Source: an uncultured archaeon
GTDB taxonomy: Archaea; Asgardarchaeota; Lokiarchaeia; Sigyniarchaeales; SOKP01
Reading direction: 5' to 3'
Assembly: GCA_964632315.1 (NCBI GenBank)
Contig: CAZWEM010000002.1
Location: 102,734-166,733, forward strand
DNA: 64,000 nt
Shown here: positions 31,407 to 40,816 of the stretch, piece by piece
Layout: each line of letters opens with the position of its first letter
Position numbering within the stretch: the stretch's first letter is position 1
Notes under the pieces: model-generated
Told to the model about the DNA's origin: nothing
Databases searched by the model: none
The model's input: the letters and a program-made list of their open reading frames with translations, nothing else
Translations under genes and position numbers: made by a program

Positions 31407-31613
31407 TCAAGAGTTTTTACCACTTCTTAATAACATTTTGAAAGCTTCCTCACCCAAATCATCATACATCTTCAATTCTTCCTTTAAAAAATCTTTTAAA
31501 GCGGTTCGAATAGCTTCACTTCTTGAAGGATAGATTCCTAGATCATTCAAAGTTTGAATAGCTGACAAATATCTTTCTGGTAAATTAATGGTTATGATTT
31601 TCAATTTTCTCAA
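31407..31613 (-). CDS. Ribbon-helix-helix (CopG-like) DNA-binding protein
   Basis: IITINLP...YPSRSEAIRTAL. Confidence 0.85.
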   Translation of the reverse strand: MRKLKIITINLPERYLSAIQTLNDLGIYPSRSEAIRTALKDFLKEELKMYDDLGEEAFKMLLRSGKNS

Positions 31614-31778
31614 CCCAACAATTATCTAAAGTTTATTACCACATTTAGAATCTGATTATGTTAATAAATTTACCAGATAATATATAAAATAAGGGTATTA
31701 ATCTCTTAATCCTATTAACCGCTTAACTTCTAACGAATATCGTTTTTAAATCAATTTAAATTTAATAAAAAAGAAAAT

Positions 31779-32528
31779 TTAAGGTGCCTTAAATGATTTA
31801 ACGTGTAGTATTAAAGAAAAACTCGATTTATATAATTCAGAATGGGAAACCTCTTTCATATCGTCTAAAAATGACAAATCGTAGTTTTCTTTACGCTCCA
31901 GATATACTTTATCTCTTGTTAAATGATCTTTGTCCATGAAAATATCGATTTTCAGTACTTTTTCATCAAATTTGACTGGGAATTGTGGCATCATATTGAA
32001 AGTAAAGACAATATCCGCTTGAGTGTCATCTATAGAATCGATGACAAATATTACATTTGGTTGTGAATAAGATACAAACGATTTGAAATCATGAAATAGA
32101 TCATCAATTTTTATTGTAACTTTGGCATCATCTATTGAACTACAATCACTTAATTTAGGAAAGAGAAATTTCTCTTTTCCGTGAAATGCTAAATCGCGTT
32201 CATTTTGATTTAGATATTCATGAAAAATGGGTTCATCTTTTTCTAATAAAAATTTTTCTGATATTAGGGTACTTTTTACATAAATGATGAGTACTCCAGA
32301 TGAGATCAAATTAATTTTCTGATAATATACTTGATTCACGGGATCGAAGGGTAGACTAATAATATCTGGATTTCCTCCTATTCCAAGTTGAGCCATAAGA
32401 TTATTAGCAGATTGACTCGTAAGAGTGAACAACAAGATTTGTCTAAAATCATCCAATTCTATAAAATTGGAAAATGTACTAAATCTCTGCTTAATTTCAG
32501 AAATAACTGATTCTATCTCTTTTGACAT
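31779..32528 (-). CDS. Hypothetical protein
   Basis: 249-aa soluble ORF with no recognisable motif. Confidence 0.65.
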   Translation of the reverse strand: MSKEIESVISEIKQRFSTFSNFIELDDFRQILLFTLTSQSANNLMAQLGIGGNPDIISLPFDPVNQVYYQKINLISSGVLIIYVKSTLISEKFLLEKDEPIFHEYLNQNERDLAFHGKEKFLFPKLSDCSSIDDAKVTIKIDDLFHDFKSFVSYSQPNVIFVIDSIDDTQADIVFTFNMMPQFPVKFDEKVLKIDIFMDKDHLTRDKVYLERKENYDLSFLDDMKEVSHSELYKSSFSLILHVKSFKAP

Positions 32529-32584
32529 TTTTATTTGTAAAATTTTATTTAATTATGTCAAGAAAAGAATCAGATAATTAAAAT

Positions 32585-33004
32585 CTATTCTTGATAATTT
32601 GTTAAGAAATCATTTAAAGAATTTTTAACTTTTGGAGTGATGTGATGTTCTATCTCACACGTTATTTTTTCCACTAATTCAGGGTTTTGAATGTTTAGTA
32701 CTTTTTCAAAAAATTTACGCAGTAAAGAATGAATTTCGCTCAATTCTAAAGCATAATTTTTTCCTTTATCTGTTAACCTTATCGCTCTTCTTGGTTCCCA
32801 TATAACTAACTTTCTCTTTTTTAATTTATCTAACATTCCTGAGACCGAAGCAGGCTCAACGTTAAGATTTTCAGCAATTTCCTTATTTGAAACCCATCCT
32901 CCGCGCTTCGTTTTGGATATTTCATATATAACATCTAAATATCGTTGATAACTCTCTGGAATTTCTGAAATTTTAATATCAGAAGAAATTTTTTTCTCTG
33001 CCAT
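32585..33004 (-). CDS. DtxR/MntR family metal-dependent regulator
   Basis: YLDVIY, EIAENLNVEPASVSGML, LTDKG, H.LL..F, CEIEHH. Confidence 0.9.
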   Translation of the reverse strand: MAEKKISSDIKISEIPESYQRYLDVIYEISKTKRGGWVSNKEIAENLNVEPASVSGMLDKLKKRKLVIWEPRRAIRLTDKGKNYALELSEIHSLLRKFFEKVLNIQNPELVEKITCEIEHHITPKVKNSLNDFLTNYQE

Positions 33005-33186
33005 TTTTATCCTAGAGCGATTCGAAAAAATATTGAATTCTATAATATATTTAGCTTTATTGATTATTTATTTCTTTTTAATAAATTATAATTTAATCTA
33101 ACTTAATCTCTAAATCTAAAATACACAAGAATAATTAGTAAAAGATTTCTTTTCGTTATATATTATCATCATATCCAGTAATTAAA

Positions 33187-33762
33187 ATGAAATCATCTCA
33201 AAAGTACCTTGAGGGGTATTTAATTTTAGTGATAGGCAATTCTGGTTCAGGAAAAGATACAATTATAAAAGAAGTAATCTCGAGAAACAAGAGTTTAAAA
33301 TTAACCGCTCCAAAAAGGTATGTAACAAGGATGCCTTCCGTAGACGAGGATAATATATTTTTAACCGAAGAAGAATTTCAACAGAAATCGGAAAAGAACG
33401 AATTCGCTATAGAATGGGAAATATATGGCTTGAAGTATGCTGTACCGATGGAAATAAATGATTGGCTTAATGATGGTTATTATGTAATTATTAATGTTAG
33501 TCGAAATGTAGTCGAAAAAACAAAAAAAAAATATCGAAATTGCAAGGTAATTTTCATTGAGGTCCCTTTTGAACTCACTCGTAAAAGAATTCTTGAACGA
33601 GGACGTGAAGGAAACGCAGCTTTAGAAAATCGCATCGCAAGAGCAGAACAAAATCAGAAATATCCCGAAGCAGATTTTGTTGTCGATAATTCTGGTGAAT
33701 TAGATACTGCAGTTAATCAATTTGTAAGATATTTAAATTCACTTGAAACTACTAAGAATTGA
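33187..33762 (+). CDS. PhnN-like ribose 1,5-bisphosphate kinase / guanylate kinase fold
   Basis: GNSGSGKDT, RYVTR, W.IYGLKY, INVSR, RGRE, DNSGEL. Confidence 0.8.
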   Translation: MKSSQKYLEGYLILVIGNSGSGKDTIIKEVISRNKSLKLTAPKRYVTRMPSVDEDNIFLTEEEFQQKSEKNEFAIEWEIYGLKYAVPMEINDWLNDGYYVIINVSRNVVEKTKKKYRNCKVIFIEVPFELTRKRILERGREGNAALENRIARAEQNQKYPEADFVVDNSGELDTAVNQFVRYLNSLETTKN

Positions 33763-33795
33763 TTCTTTTATCAATCTTGAAATTCAAACAACAAA

Positions 33796-33810
33796 TTTTT
33801 TTTATTAGGG
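33796..33810 (+). promoter_or_regulatory. Probable TATA box for tRNA-His
   Basis: TTTTATTAG about 25-30 nt upstream of the tRNA 5' end. Confidence 0.45.
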
Positions 33811-33831
33811 TAAATTATTGGAAATATCAAT

Positions 33832-33934
33832 GGCCTGATTAGTGCAGTGGTGAGCATTGGGGACTGTGAATCCCTAGAGACGGGTTCAAAAAAGAAAACT
33901 AAGCGTTTTTTTTGGACAATTCCCGTATCAGGCC
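33832..33934 (+). tRNA. tRNA-His(GUG) with encoded G-1 and a 30-nt intron (33890-33919) at position 58/59; CCA not encoded
   Basis: Acceptor GCCTGAT/ATCAGGC, G-1 and C73; D stem GTGC/GCAT; anticodon arm GGGGA-CTGTGAA-TCCCT (GTG 33866-68); T stem ACGGG/CCCGT; BHB junction; oligo-T downstream. Confidence 0.92.
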
Positions 33935-34024
33935 CTCTTTTTCCATTTTAATTTAAAAAATGAAGATTAATATCATTTTATTGATTTTCAATATTATTAG
34001 ATAGAGAGAATTACAGTTTTCGTA

Positions 34025-34489
34025 ATGGTTGAGATAGATCCAGATAAATTGAGAGACATTCCAGGATGGCATAATGCTCCTATACATATCTGCATGGATG
34101 CTGATTACCGTGGTCTGACTTTTTGTTGCCGTCCAGGCTACTCATTAACGTTTGCTTTTAAATGTAAGCGTGATGAGACTTTAAACAAGATTGGAATGTC
34201 ACCTGAAGAATTCATCCAAATAAAAGAGGATTTTTCAAGGGAAAATGATTGGGATTCGGATCTAGTGTGTTTTGGATCGCTATCATATTGTTGCATGCGA
34301 CGTGGTGGATGTCAAAGGAGAGACCCAGCTCTGATAAAACGTTATCCTGGAAAAAGCAGAGATGAGATCATGGAGATTTATTTCACGAAAAAGAAGGAAC
34401 TTTCAAAAAAGATTTTGCAGGCAGTAAAAGACCCAGTAGGAAAGGAAAAAGTTAAACCATATTTGGAAATATTCGATCAAGAAGATTGA
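34025..34489 (+). CDS. Methanogenesis marker 9-like cysteine-rich domain protein
   Basis: W.NAP.HIC...D.RGLTFCC.P, CFGSLSYCC....C.RRD, Y..KKKELS. Confidence 0.7.
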   Translation: MVEIDPDKLRDIPGWHNAPIHICMDADYRGLTFCCRPGYSLTFAFKCKRDETLNKIGMSPEEFIQIKEDFSRENDWDSDLVCFGSLSYCCMRRGGCQRRDPALIKRYPGKSRDEIMEIYFTKKKELSKKILQAVKDPVGKEKVKPYLEIFDQED

Positions 34490-34512
34490 TTATTAAATTC
34501 AAGTTGATATTT

Positions 34513-35448
34513 ATGATTATTTCTATTACTCATGAGCACGATCTTGATGGTCTTGGTTCTCAAGCCATTATTAAGCGGTATTTCGACCAAGAAAATACAG
34601 AACTGATTCTTAATTTTGCTCACTACATTGATTTTTCGGAAAAAGTAAAAAATAGTTTGAAAAAATCCCCGGAAAAATTATTTATTACAGATTTAGGATT
34701 TAATGAAGACTTTTTAGATGTATTTAAGGATCTTAAAAAAGCTTCAGAGAAAGGAATTATGATTTTTTGGTTTGATCATCACATCGTGGATAAAGCAGTT
34801 AAAGCGGAAATTGAAGATTTTTGTAAAATATATATCAATGATACTAGGATGTGTGCTGCTGAGATTGTTCAAAATCACTTTATGCCTGATGATGATATAG
34901 CAAGTAAAATTGCAGCATTAGCGCATGATTCTGATTTCAAGGAATATAGGTATGAAAATTCAAACAAATTACAATTGATCATTGAATTTAATCGTGGAGA
35001 TTCGAAAATCAATGAGAAGAGAAAAATAGTTGATTATTTATCAAAAGGAATGTTTGAGAATGAATGGTTTAAATCTCAAGTGAAAGAATTGAAGAGTTGG
35101 TATAATACACAGTCTAAAATTGCTCAAAAAAATGCTACAAAAATTATATTACCCAATAAACAAGAATTAATAATATCATTTGCTAAGCTTGGTGGAGGAA
35201 AAATTACAGATTTACTCAGAAAAAAGTATCAAAATTTATTTGCTTATGTAGGTATTGATACAAGATTCAATGAAATTATCATTTATAGCTTATATTTTAA
35301 CTGTAGAGATTTTGCACGATTATTTGGCGGAGGTGGTCATAGAATGCGCGCAGGTTTCAAACATAAAAGTATTTTTAAAAGTAGAGATGATTTAAATCCA
35401 ACATTTTTAGAAGAGATAAAGGAAAAAATTGAATCATTCATTTCTTAA
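34513..35448 (+). CDS. DHH/DHHA1 family phosphoesterase (start likely ATG 34513)
   Basis: HEHDLDG, ITDLG, FDHH, GGGGH..RAG. Confidence 0.88.
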   Translation: MIISITHEHDLDGLGSQAIIKRYFDQENTELILNFAHYIDFSEKVKNSLKKSPEKLFITDLGFNEDFLDVFKDLKKASEKGIMIFWFDHHIVDKAVKAEIEDFCKIYINDTRMCAAEIVQNHFMPDDDIASKIAALAHDSDFKEYRYENSNKLQLIIEFNRGDSKINEKRKIVDYLSKGMFENEWFKSQVKELKSWYNTQSKIAQKNATKIILPNKQELIISFAKLGGGKITDLLRKKYQNLFAYVGIDTRFNEIIIYSLYFNCRDFARLFGGGGHRMRAGFKHKSIFKSRDDLNPTFLEEIKEKIESFIS

Positions 35449-35842
35449 GCCCGATTACTCTTCCACTAGAATCAGTTTTATATATTCCTTTTGTTGAATC
35501 AAGTAAAATGAGCTTATTATCCCAAGGGTCTTTAACTACTACACACTTACCGATTGGTATATCAAAGGGTTCAACAATAACATTTCCTCCAGCCTTCTTA
35601 AAGCGTTCAGCTGCTTTTATTGCAGAGTCGACTTTTAAATCAACCTCAAATTGCTCTGATTCCGTGTGAATGACTATTTCAGTTTCACTTTCAGGCATTC
35701 CTAAGCCAATACTATTATTTGTTCGCCATAAGATTTTATGACCTAATGAATCTTTATAGAATTTTAATGCTAAATTTAAATCTGGTACTGGGATTCTAAT
35801 GCAATCAACTTTTTTTATTAAACTTTCTTCAATAATTTCCAC
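35438..35842 (-). CDS. VOC/glyoxalase family protein
   Basis: VPDL..A..FY...LG, EPFDIPIG....KDPWDN. Confidence 0.85.
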   Translation of the reverse strand: MEIIEESLIKKVDCIRIPVPDLNLALKFYKDSLGHKILWRTNNSIGLGMPESETEIVIHTESEQFEVDLKVDSAIKAAERFKKAGGNVIVEPFDIPIGKCVVVKDPWDNKLILLDSTKGIYKTDSSGRVIGLKK

Positions 35843-35923
35843 ACCTGCTTAAAAGAATGATTAAATATTATATAGAAATTATCTGGAGATACATAAAAAC
35901 AATATGGACATATTGATAATTAA

Positions 35924-35945
35924 TCGTGAAATTGGTGTTTCACGA
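35924..35945. promoter_or_regulatory. Perfect 8-bp inverted repeat (candidate operator or hairpin)
   Basis: TCGTGAAA-TTGGTG-TTTCACGA. Confidence 0.4.
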
Positions 35946-35990
35946 ACTTTTTAAAAAAGTAAAAAGAAAAAAAATTGGAATCATTTTTAA

Positions 35991-37031
35991 TTAAAATTTC
36001 CAAATTTTCTTATAGATATATGGCAAGAAGTAGATCAAGATAAACGATAATAAAGCGTATCGAACATACCTGTAGATGACTGAATCAAAAAATCCTTTAG
36101 GTACCTCCAGAGCAAAATAAACTACAAAAACCAATACCAATCCGATTATTAAAGCAACAATTTTCTGTTTTGTGTTAAGCTTGGAAGGTTCATATTTGAT
36201 CTTCTCGTGTTCAAGGACGTATCCAATGCCAAAACCCAAGACAACGCCTCCTACTAAGGCAAAATTCCCTGTATCAGAAAAAGCAACTGGAACTGGGAGT
36301 AAATCTGTTCCAGAGGTTGGATATAGAAGAATTCCAACAAGAAATAACGCCAAAGACGCAACAATAAAAACTATTATCTTCATCATCATTGAAAGCTTGT
36401 TAAATTGCTCTGAAACTATCGGTTCTAAGTAAATGAATAATAATAAAGCGCCAAAACCAAAAGTGAAACCTCCAATAACATCTTGTAAGTCATGTACTCC
36501 AATGATCATTCTCGAAATACCAACCAAGAAAATAATAATCGCCATTATGATTGGAACTACTAATGGTTTAGGCTTATCTTTAAAATGATATGCAAGATAG
36601 CCCCAATATCCCACTGCTGATGAAGTATGTCCAGATGGAAACCCATAAGAGGTCTCGATTAAACCAGTAGGATTTTGTGTTGTAATGTTTTCAGGATCCA
36701 CGTTTGTTGATGGTCTTGGATCTTTAAATATATTCTTTAATAGTTCATTAAAGTAGAGAGTTATTAGCAAGCTCACAATGAGATTTTTTGCAAATTTCTT
36801 GTCATATACAATATAAAGCACAGCAGCAACTACTATAAAGACGATCGGTTCGCCGAGATTCGTAATAATCTTAAATATTGATTGTACTGTAGATGAACTG
36901 CTATAAAATGCCTCATTTAATCCTGACCATAAGAGGATTAACCCTATTAATGTAACAATGACAAGCAAGAGTATGTTTACAAGCCATCCTTTTTTGGAAA
37001 GTTTTTGTTCATAATCTGACATATTTAACAC
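35991..37031 (-). CDS. PAP2 family membrane phosphatase
   Basis: K.IFKDPRP, FPSGH, SRMIIGVH..QD. Confidence 0.9.
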   Translation of the reverse strand: MLNMSDYEQKLSKKGWLVNILLLVIVTLIGLILLWSGLNEAFYSSSSTVQSIFKIITNLGEPIVFIVVAAVLYIVYDKKFAKNLIVSLLITLYFNELLKNIFKDPRPSTNVDPENITTQNPTGLIETSYGFPSGHTSSAVGYWGYLAYHFKDKPKPLVVPIIMAIIIFLVGISRMIIGVHDLQDVIGGFTFGFGALLLFIYLEPIVSEQFNKLSMMMKIIVFIVASLALFLVGILLYPTSGTDLLPVPVAFSDTGNFALVGGVVLGFGIGYVLEHEKIKYEPSKLNTKQKIVALIIGLVLVFVVYFALEVPKGFFDSVIYRYVRYALLSFILIYFLPYIYKKIWKF

Positions 37032-37148
37032 TAATACAAAGTTGTGTAAAATAATTTGAACTTAGAAGTTTAAAAAGCTTTATATCAAATTAAGTGGTAA
37101 ATTTGATCTATCTGGTGGTATCAAGAGGAATTAATGCTTAAACTAGAT

Positions 37149-37796
37149 TTAATCCACTTTTATTTTCGTCTGCTTTTGATCGAGTTTTTTAAGCTCAACT
37201 TCAAGTATGCCGTTAGTATATCTTGCTTTAGCATAATCAGAATTTATCGCGCTAGGAAGGTTAATTTCTTTATAATATGCCCTAACCGCATCTTTTTTAG
37301 TGGAAATTGTTAGGGATTGGCTAGTCGCTTTTAATTCAATATCTTCTTTAGTGACTCCAGGCATTTCGGCAATAACAATTATATTATCTTCAACTTCGGA
37401 TACTTCAACTAAGGGATCTCGATCCTTTTTAACTTCTGGTTTACCAGTATACTTTTCTTTCTTGATGTTTCCAAAAGGTTCAACTATCGGTTTTCCATCT
37501 TTACCAAAATCGAATCTAAATCCATAAGTGAACGGTCCTTTAACCCCAAACTTAGATTTATTTTTTGTGAATTCCTTCAAGAATTCTTCAGGAGACATAT
37601 TTTGAAATTCCTTTGGTAAATTCTTATAAACTTGATCAAAAATCTGCTTAAAAATATTATTAAACTCTTTACTTTCAAAAATCTTTGAGGGATCAAAATT
37701 TTTGAAAATACCATTAGGATCCTTGAAATACTTGAAAATATCAAGTGGATCATCTATATCATCTTCATCATCATCATAATCATCTTCATCAGACAT
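37149..37796 (-). CDS. Archaeal small heat shock protein Hsp20
   Basis: GPFTYGF....GKDGKP...FGN, DPLVEV, AEMPGV, ARYTNGILEV. Confidence 0.9.
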   Translation of the reverse strand: MSDEDDYDDDEDDIDDPLDIFKYFKDPNGIFKNFDPSKIFESKEFNNIFKQIFDQVYKNLPKEFQNMSPEEFLKEFTKNKSKFGVKGPFTYGFRFDFGKDGKPIVEPFGNIKKEKYTGKPEVKKDRDPLVEVSEVEDNIIVIAEMPGVTKEDIELKATSQSLTISTKKDAVRAYYKEINLPSAINSDYAKARYTNGILEVELKKLDQKQTKIKVD

Positions 37797-37979
37797 CTTA
37801 ACTCACCCGAATTGCGTTTATCGATCTTATTGTACTCAAATTTTTAAATATGTATTATGTTATATTTACATAAAGTTAGAAACATTATAGCTTATATTCT
37901 AGGAAAAATTGTATTCTAATAAATTTATTCCAATTAAAAATTACATTAACCATTAATAAAGTAAGTAGAGGAAAAATAA

Positions 37980-39794
37980 ATGTACAGCGAACTTTCTGAT
38001 GACGATAAACAAATGTATTTGGATGTTCTCCGAGAAGCACCAATCCTTCCTTTCTCAAATTTTGTTTCTCGAGGAGATATTGCAGATCGAATTGATATTC
38101 AACGACCAAGAAGCTACATTGATCGAGAAGTATATAGACTTGTTCAACAGACTTATCGAGACCGTAGCTCACGGTTAATTCCGATCTTGGGTTCCGCTGG
38201 AACCGGAAAGACTCATGCATATCATTCATTTAAAGATAAAGAAAGAGAGAACAGGAAAAAAATTGAACAAGCTTCTGATGAAGAAGAAATTGAAGTGAGT
38301 CAATTAGAGCCAGTAGATTGGACAATTATCTATGTTCCAAGCCCTCCAGCGAGTATTAGAGTTCTTCTTCATGTATATACTTGTATCATTGAATCTGTTG
38401 GACCAGAAATCCTCGATCTTGTCTCCCAAAAATTAGTGTTTGAAAAATGGGGAGGAAAAAAAGGAGGTATTTTTCAAAAACCCAAGATTGATGAAGTTAT
38501 ACAAAAAGGTATCCGAGAATTTCCAGGAGTTTTTGCAGATTGCGTAAAAGCATTAGTTACTTATCAACTTGATAAAAGTCGAAAGGCACTAGCAGAACGT
38601 TGGTTATTAGGAGAAGAACTTGAACCGGAAGAATTGACTGACCTTGGAATCAACTCAGTTGTGGAAGAAGATGATGTATGTTTGGCCATGATCAAGATTA
38701 TAACTGAAAATTTGGATCGAGTATTGATCCTCTACTTTGATGAATTAGAAAGTCCTTATCGTTATCTCGGCGAAAGCGCAGAGATGAAGTTTCTCGAGAT
38801 CCTTAAGAGATTGTATAATGAAGTAAAAGGATTAGTGATCATTATAGCTGTTCTGAAGGAGATTTGGCCGAGAATATTAGAGATAGCTGATCAACCTCTT
38901 CGTTCAAGAATGGAACCAGAACAGGAATTAAAGCCATTTAGTTTGAATGATTTGAAGATATATTATTCGAGAACCATGGAAACATTCTGGGATGACAATA
39001 ATTTAAATCCTCCTTTATATCCACTTTTTCCATTGAATGAAAAATTGATAGAAATGATATATGAAAAAACTAAAGGAAATCCACGTAATTCAATTAAATT
39101 ATGTCGCCGATTCATTGATAAAGTGGTAATGGAAGAGATGAGCGTAGAGGAATTGATGGAAGTTGGTGTAGAAATAGTTGCAACAGCTAAACCTCCAATT
39201 CCTGAAGAAGAAGTTATTGATTTTTCAAAACCACGAGAAGTTATTAAAAAGACGATAGAAGAAATATTAGCAGAAGAAGAATACATAGTCGATGTGAATC
39301 CCGCTTCAGTAGCTGGAGCAGCTCTAAAAAGTGTGATTAAAATTGGAGAAGAAAAGAAAATAAAATTTTCTACTCAATTAGAATTCAAATTCATGCTCGG
39401 GAAGAAGAGCCAAACCCTTGCTGCTTTGATCGAAGTTGGTAAAAAGAAAATTGGATTAGAAATTCCATCGATTAAAACATTTGATAGAAGTGCAGGAGTT
39501 GCTGGATATTATGCTGCTAAACGATTAAAAGACGCATTAGATCAAAACGCAATTGATGAAGCAATATTAGTTGTACCAGAGGGAAGTGGTGGGGCAAAAT
39601 TTGAAATGATCCTTCAAAATCACGAAGAAATTCATAAAATAGAGTTAAATAATGATTCTGGTGAAAAATTAATCGCTAATGCTCTCACCTATCCAACTGA
39701 AAAAGGATGGGAAATAGCAAAATTAGTATTCCCAGATATCGGCGATTATGTACCTCCGGTAAGCGAGGAATCAACCGAGGATCAAGAAGGCTAA
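37980..39794 (+). CDS. P-loop AAA+-like ATPase with an extra C-terminal alpha/beta domain
   Basis: Walker A GSAGTGKT, Walker B LILYFDE, RSRM, TKGNPR. Confidence 0.78.
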   Translation: MYSELSDDDKQMYLDVLREAPILPFSNFVSRGDIADRIDIQRPRSYIDREVYRLVQQTYRDRSSRLIPILGSAGTGKTHAYHSFKDKERENRKKIEQASDEEEIEVSQLEPVDWTIIYVPSPPASIRVLLHVYTCIIESVGPEILDLVSQKLVFEKWGGKKGGIFQKPKIDEVIQKGIREFPGVFADCVKALVTYQLDKSRKALAERWLLGEELEPEELTDLGINSVVEEDDVCLAMIKIITENLDRVLILYFDELESPYRYLGESAEMKFLEILKRLYNEVKGLVIIIAVLKEIWPRILEIADQPLRSRMEPEQELKPFSLNDLKIYYSRTMETFWDDNNLNPPLYPLFPLNEKLIEMIYEKTKGNPRNSIKLCRRFIDKVVMEEMSVEELMEVGVEIVATAKPPIPEEEVIDFSKPREVIKKTIEEILAEEEYIVDVNPASVAGAALKSVIKIGEEKKIKFSTQLEFKFMLGKKSQTLAALIEVGKKKIGLEIPSIKTFDRSAGVAGYYAAKRLKDALDQNAIDEAILVVPEGSGGAKFEMILQNHEEIHKIELNNDSGEKLIANALTYPTEKGWEIAKLVFPDIGDYVPPVSEESTEDQEG

Positions 39795-39796
39795 AA

Positions 39797-40726
39797 TTAA
39801 ATTGAATCAAATTGTTCTTTAATTTTTATATCTAAATTAAACAATTCTTTAGCAAGTCTATCTGCTCGTGTTGCTTTTGTGATTAACTCTAGCAAACGTG
39901 AGATCTTTTCTTGTTCTTCAAATGAACTCGAAAGTTCAATTAATCGATTAAGTGGTTTAATGATTTCATGATATAAGTGAAGTTGATTCGATTGTAAATC
40001 CTCAATATTTTTTCCAATTTCTTTTAATAATTGTTCTTGTTCCCTTTTTAGATCTGGAAATAACCCCACTTCTTCTGCTTTATGCTTCAAGAAAGAAGCA
40101 ATCTCATATTCCTGAATTGACTCGGCGAGACCTGCAGATTTTTCGTAACTTTTTTTAGCTTTTTTATAAAAGTGCTCATTTAGATATTGTTCCGCAAGTT
40201 TAATTTCTTCGGCCAAATTTTCTGGTATTTTTTCTCCCAGCTCAATTAATTCTCTTGCTTCTTGTAGCTTACCATCGTCTAACATTTTTTTAGTTTTTTC
40301 ATTAATTGTATCCACAATAATCCTGGGCTCTTTTAACTTATCCATTAAAGTTAAAATAGAATTTAAAGAATCCTTTAATGTATTTTCTAATTCATTCTTA
40401 TCTTTGGAATAATCTCTTCGAACTCTCTCAAGGATAGTTTCAAAAGCACTTTTAATAGAAAGAATATCTTCATCATCTTTAAAGATAAATCCTAGATAAA
40501 CATTATCTATACCTTCTCCTAATCCCTCAATTTTACCAGAATAATATCTAATATTATCCTTTTTAACCGATGCAAAGTTAAATTCTTTATTTACATGTTT
40601 CTCTATAAATTCTTTCAAAATATCTTTTTGAACCTTTAAATTGGTTAATGAATATTCAGCCAATAAATTTGGTCCAAAAGACTTATCAATTTCATAAAGG
40701 AAGATTGATTGCGGGGACATTTTCAT
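39797..40726 (-). CDS. Longin/uDENN-like N-terminal domain plus helical (TPR-like) C-terminus
   Basis: N-terminal SIFLYEIDKSFGP hairpin and YLGFIF strand; helical repeats. Confidence 0.55.
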   Translation of the reverse strand: MKMSPQSIFLYEIDKSFGPNLLAEYSLTNLKVQKDILKEFIEKHVNKEFNFASVKKDNIRYYSGKIEGLGEGIDNVYLGFIFKDDEDILSIKSAFETILERVRRDYSKDKNELENTLKDSLNSILTLMDKLKEPRIIVDTINEKTKKMLDDGKLQEARELIELGEKIPENLAEEIKLAEQYLNEHFYKKAKKSYEKSAGLAESIQEYEIASFLKHKAEEVGLFPDLKREQEQLLKEIGKNIEDLQSNQLHLYHEIIKPLNRLIELSSSFEEQEKISRLLELITKATRADRLAKELFNLDIKIKEQFDSI

Positions 40727-40816
40727 AAATCCTAGGCTTGATTATTTTTAGTTATTAAATAATAGCATTTTTATTTTAAATTCTTATTTGATCAAAAATA
40801 TTCTTTAGTTATATTT

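Noticed and set aside
33040-33120. Possible DtxR operator (TTTAG...CTAAA-like half sites)
   Set aside because: Too degenerate to distinguish from AT-rich background.
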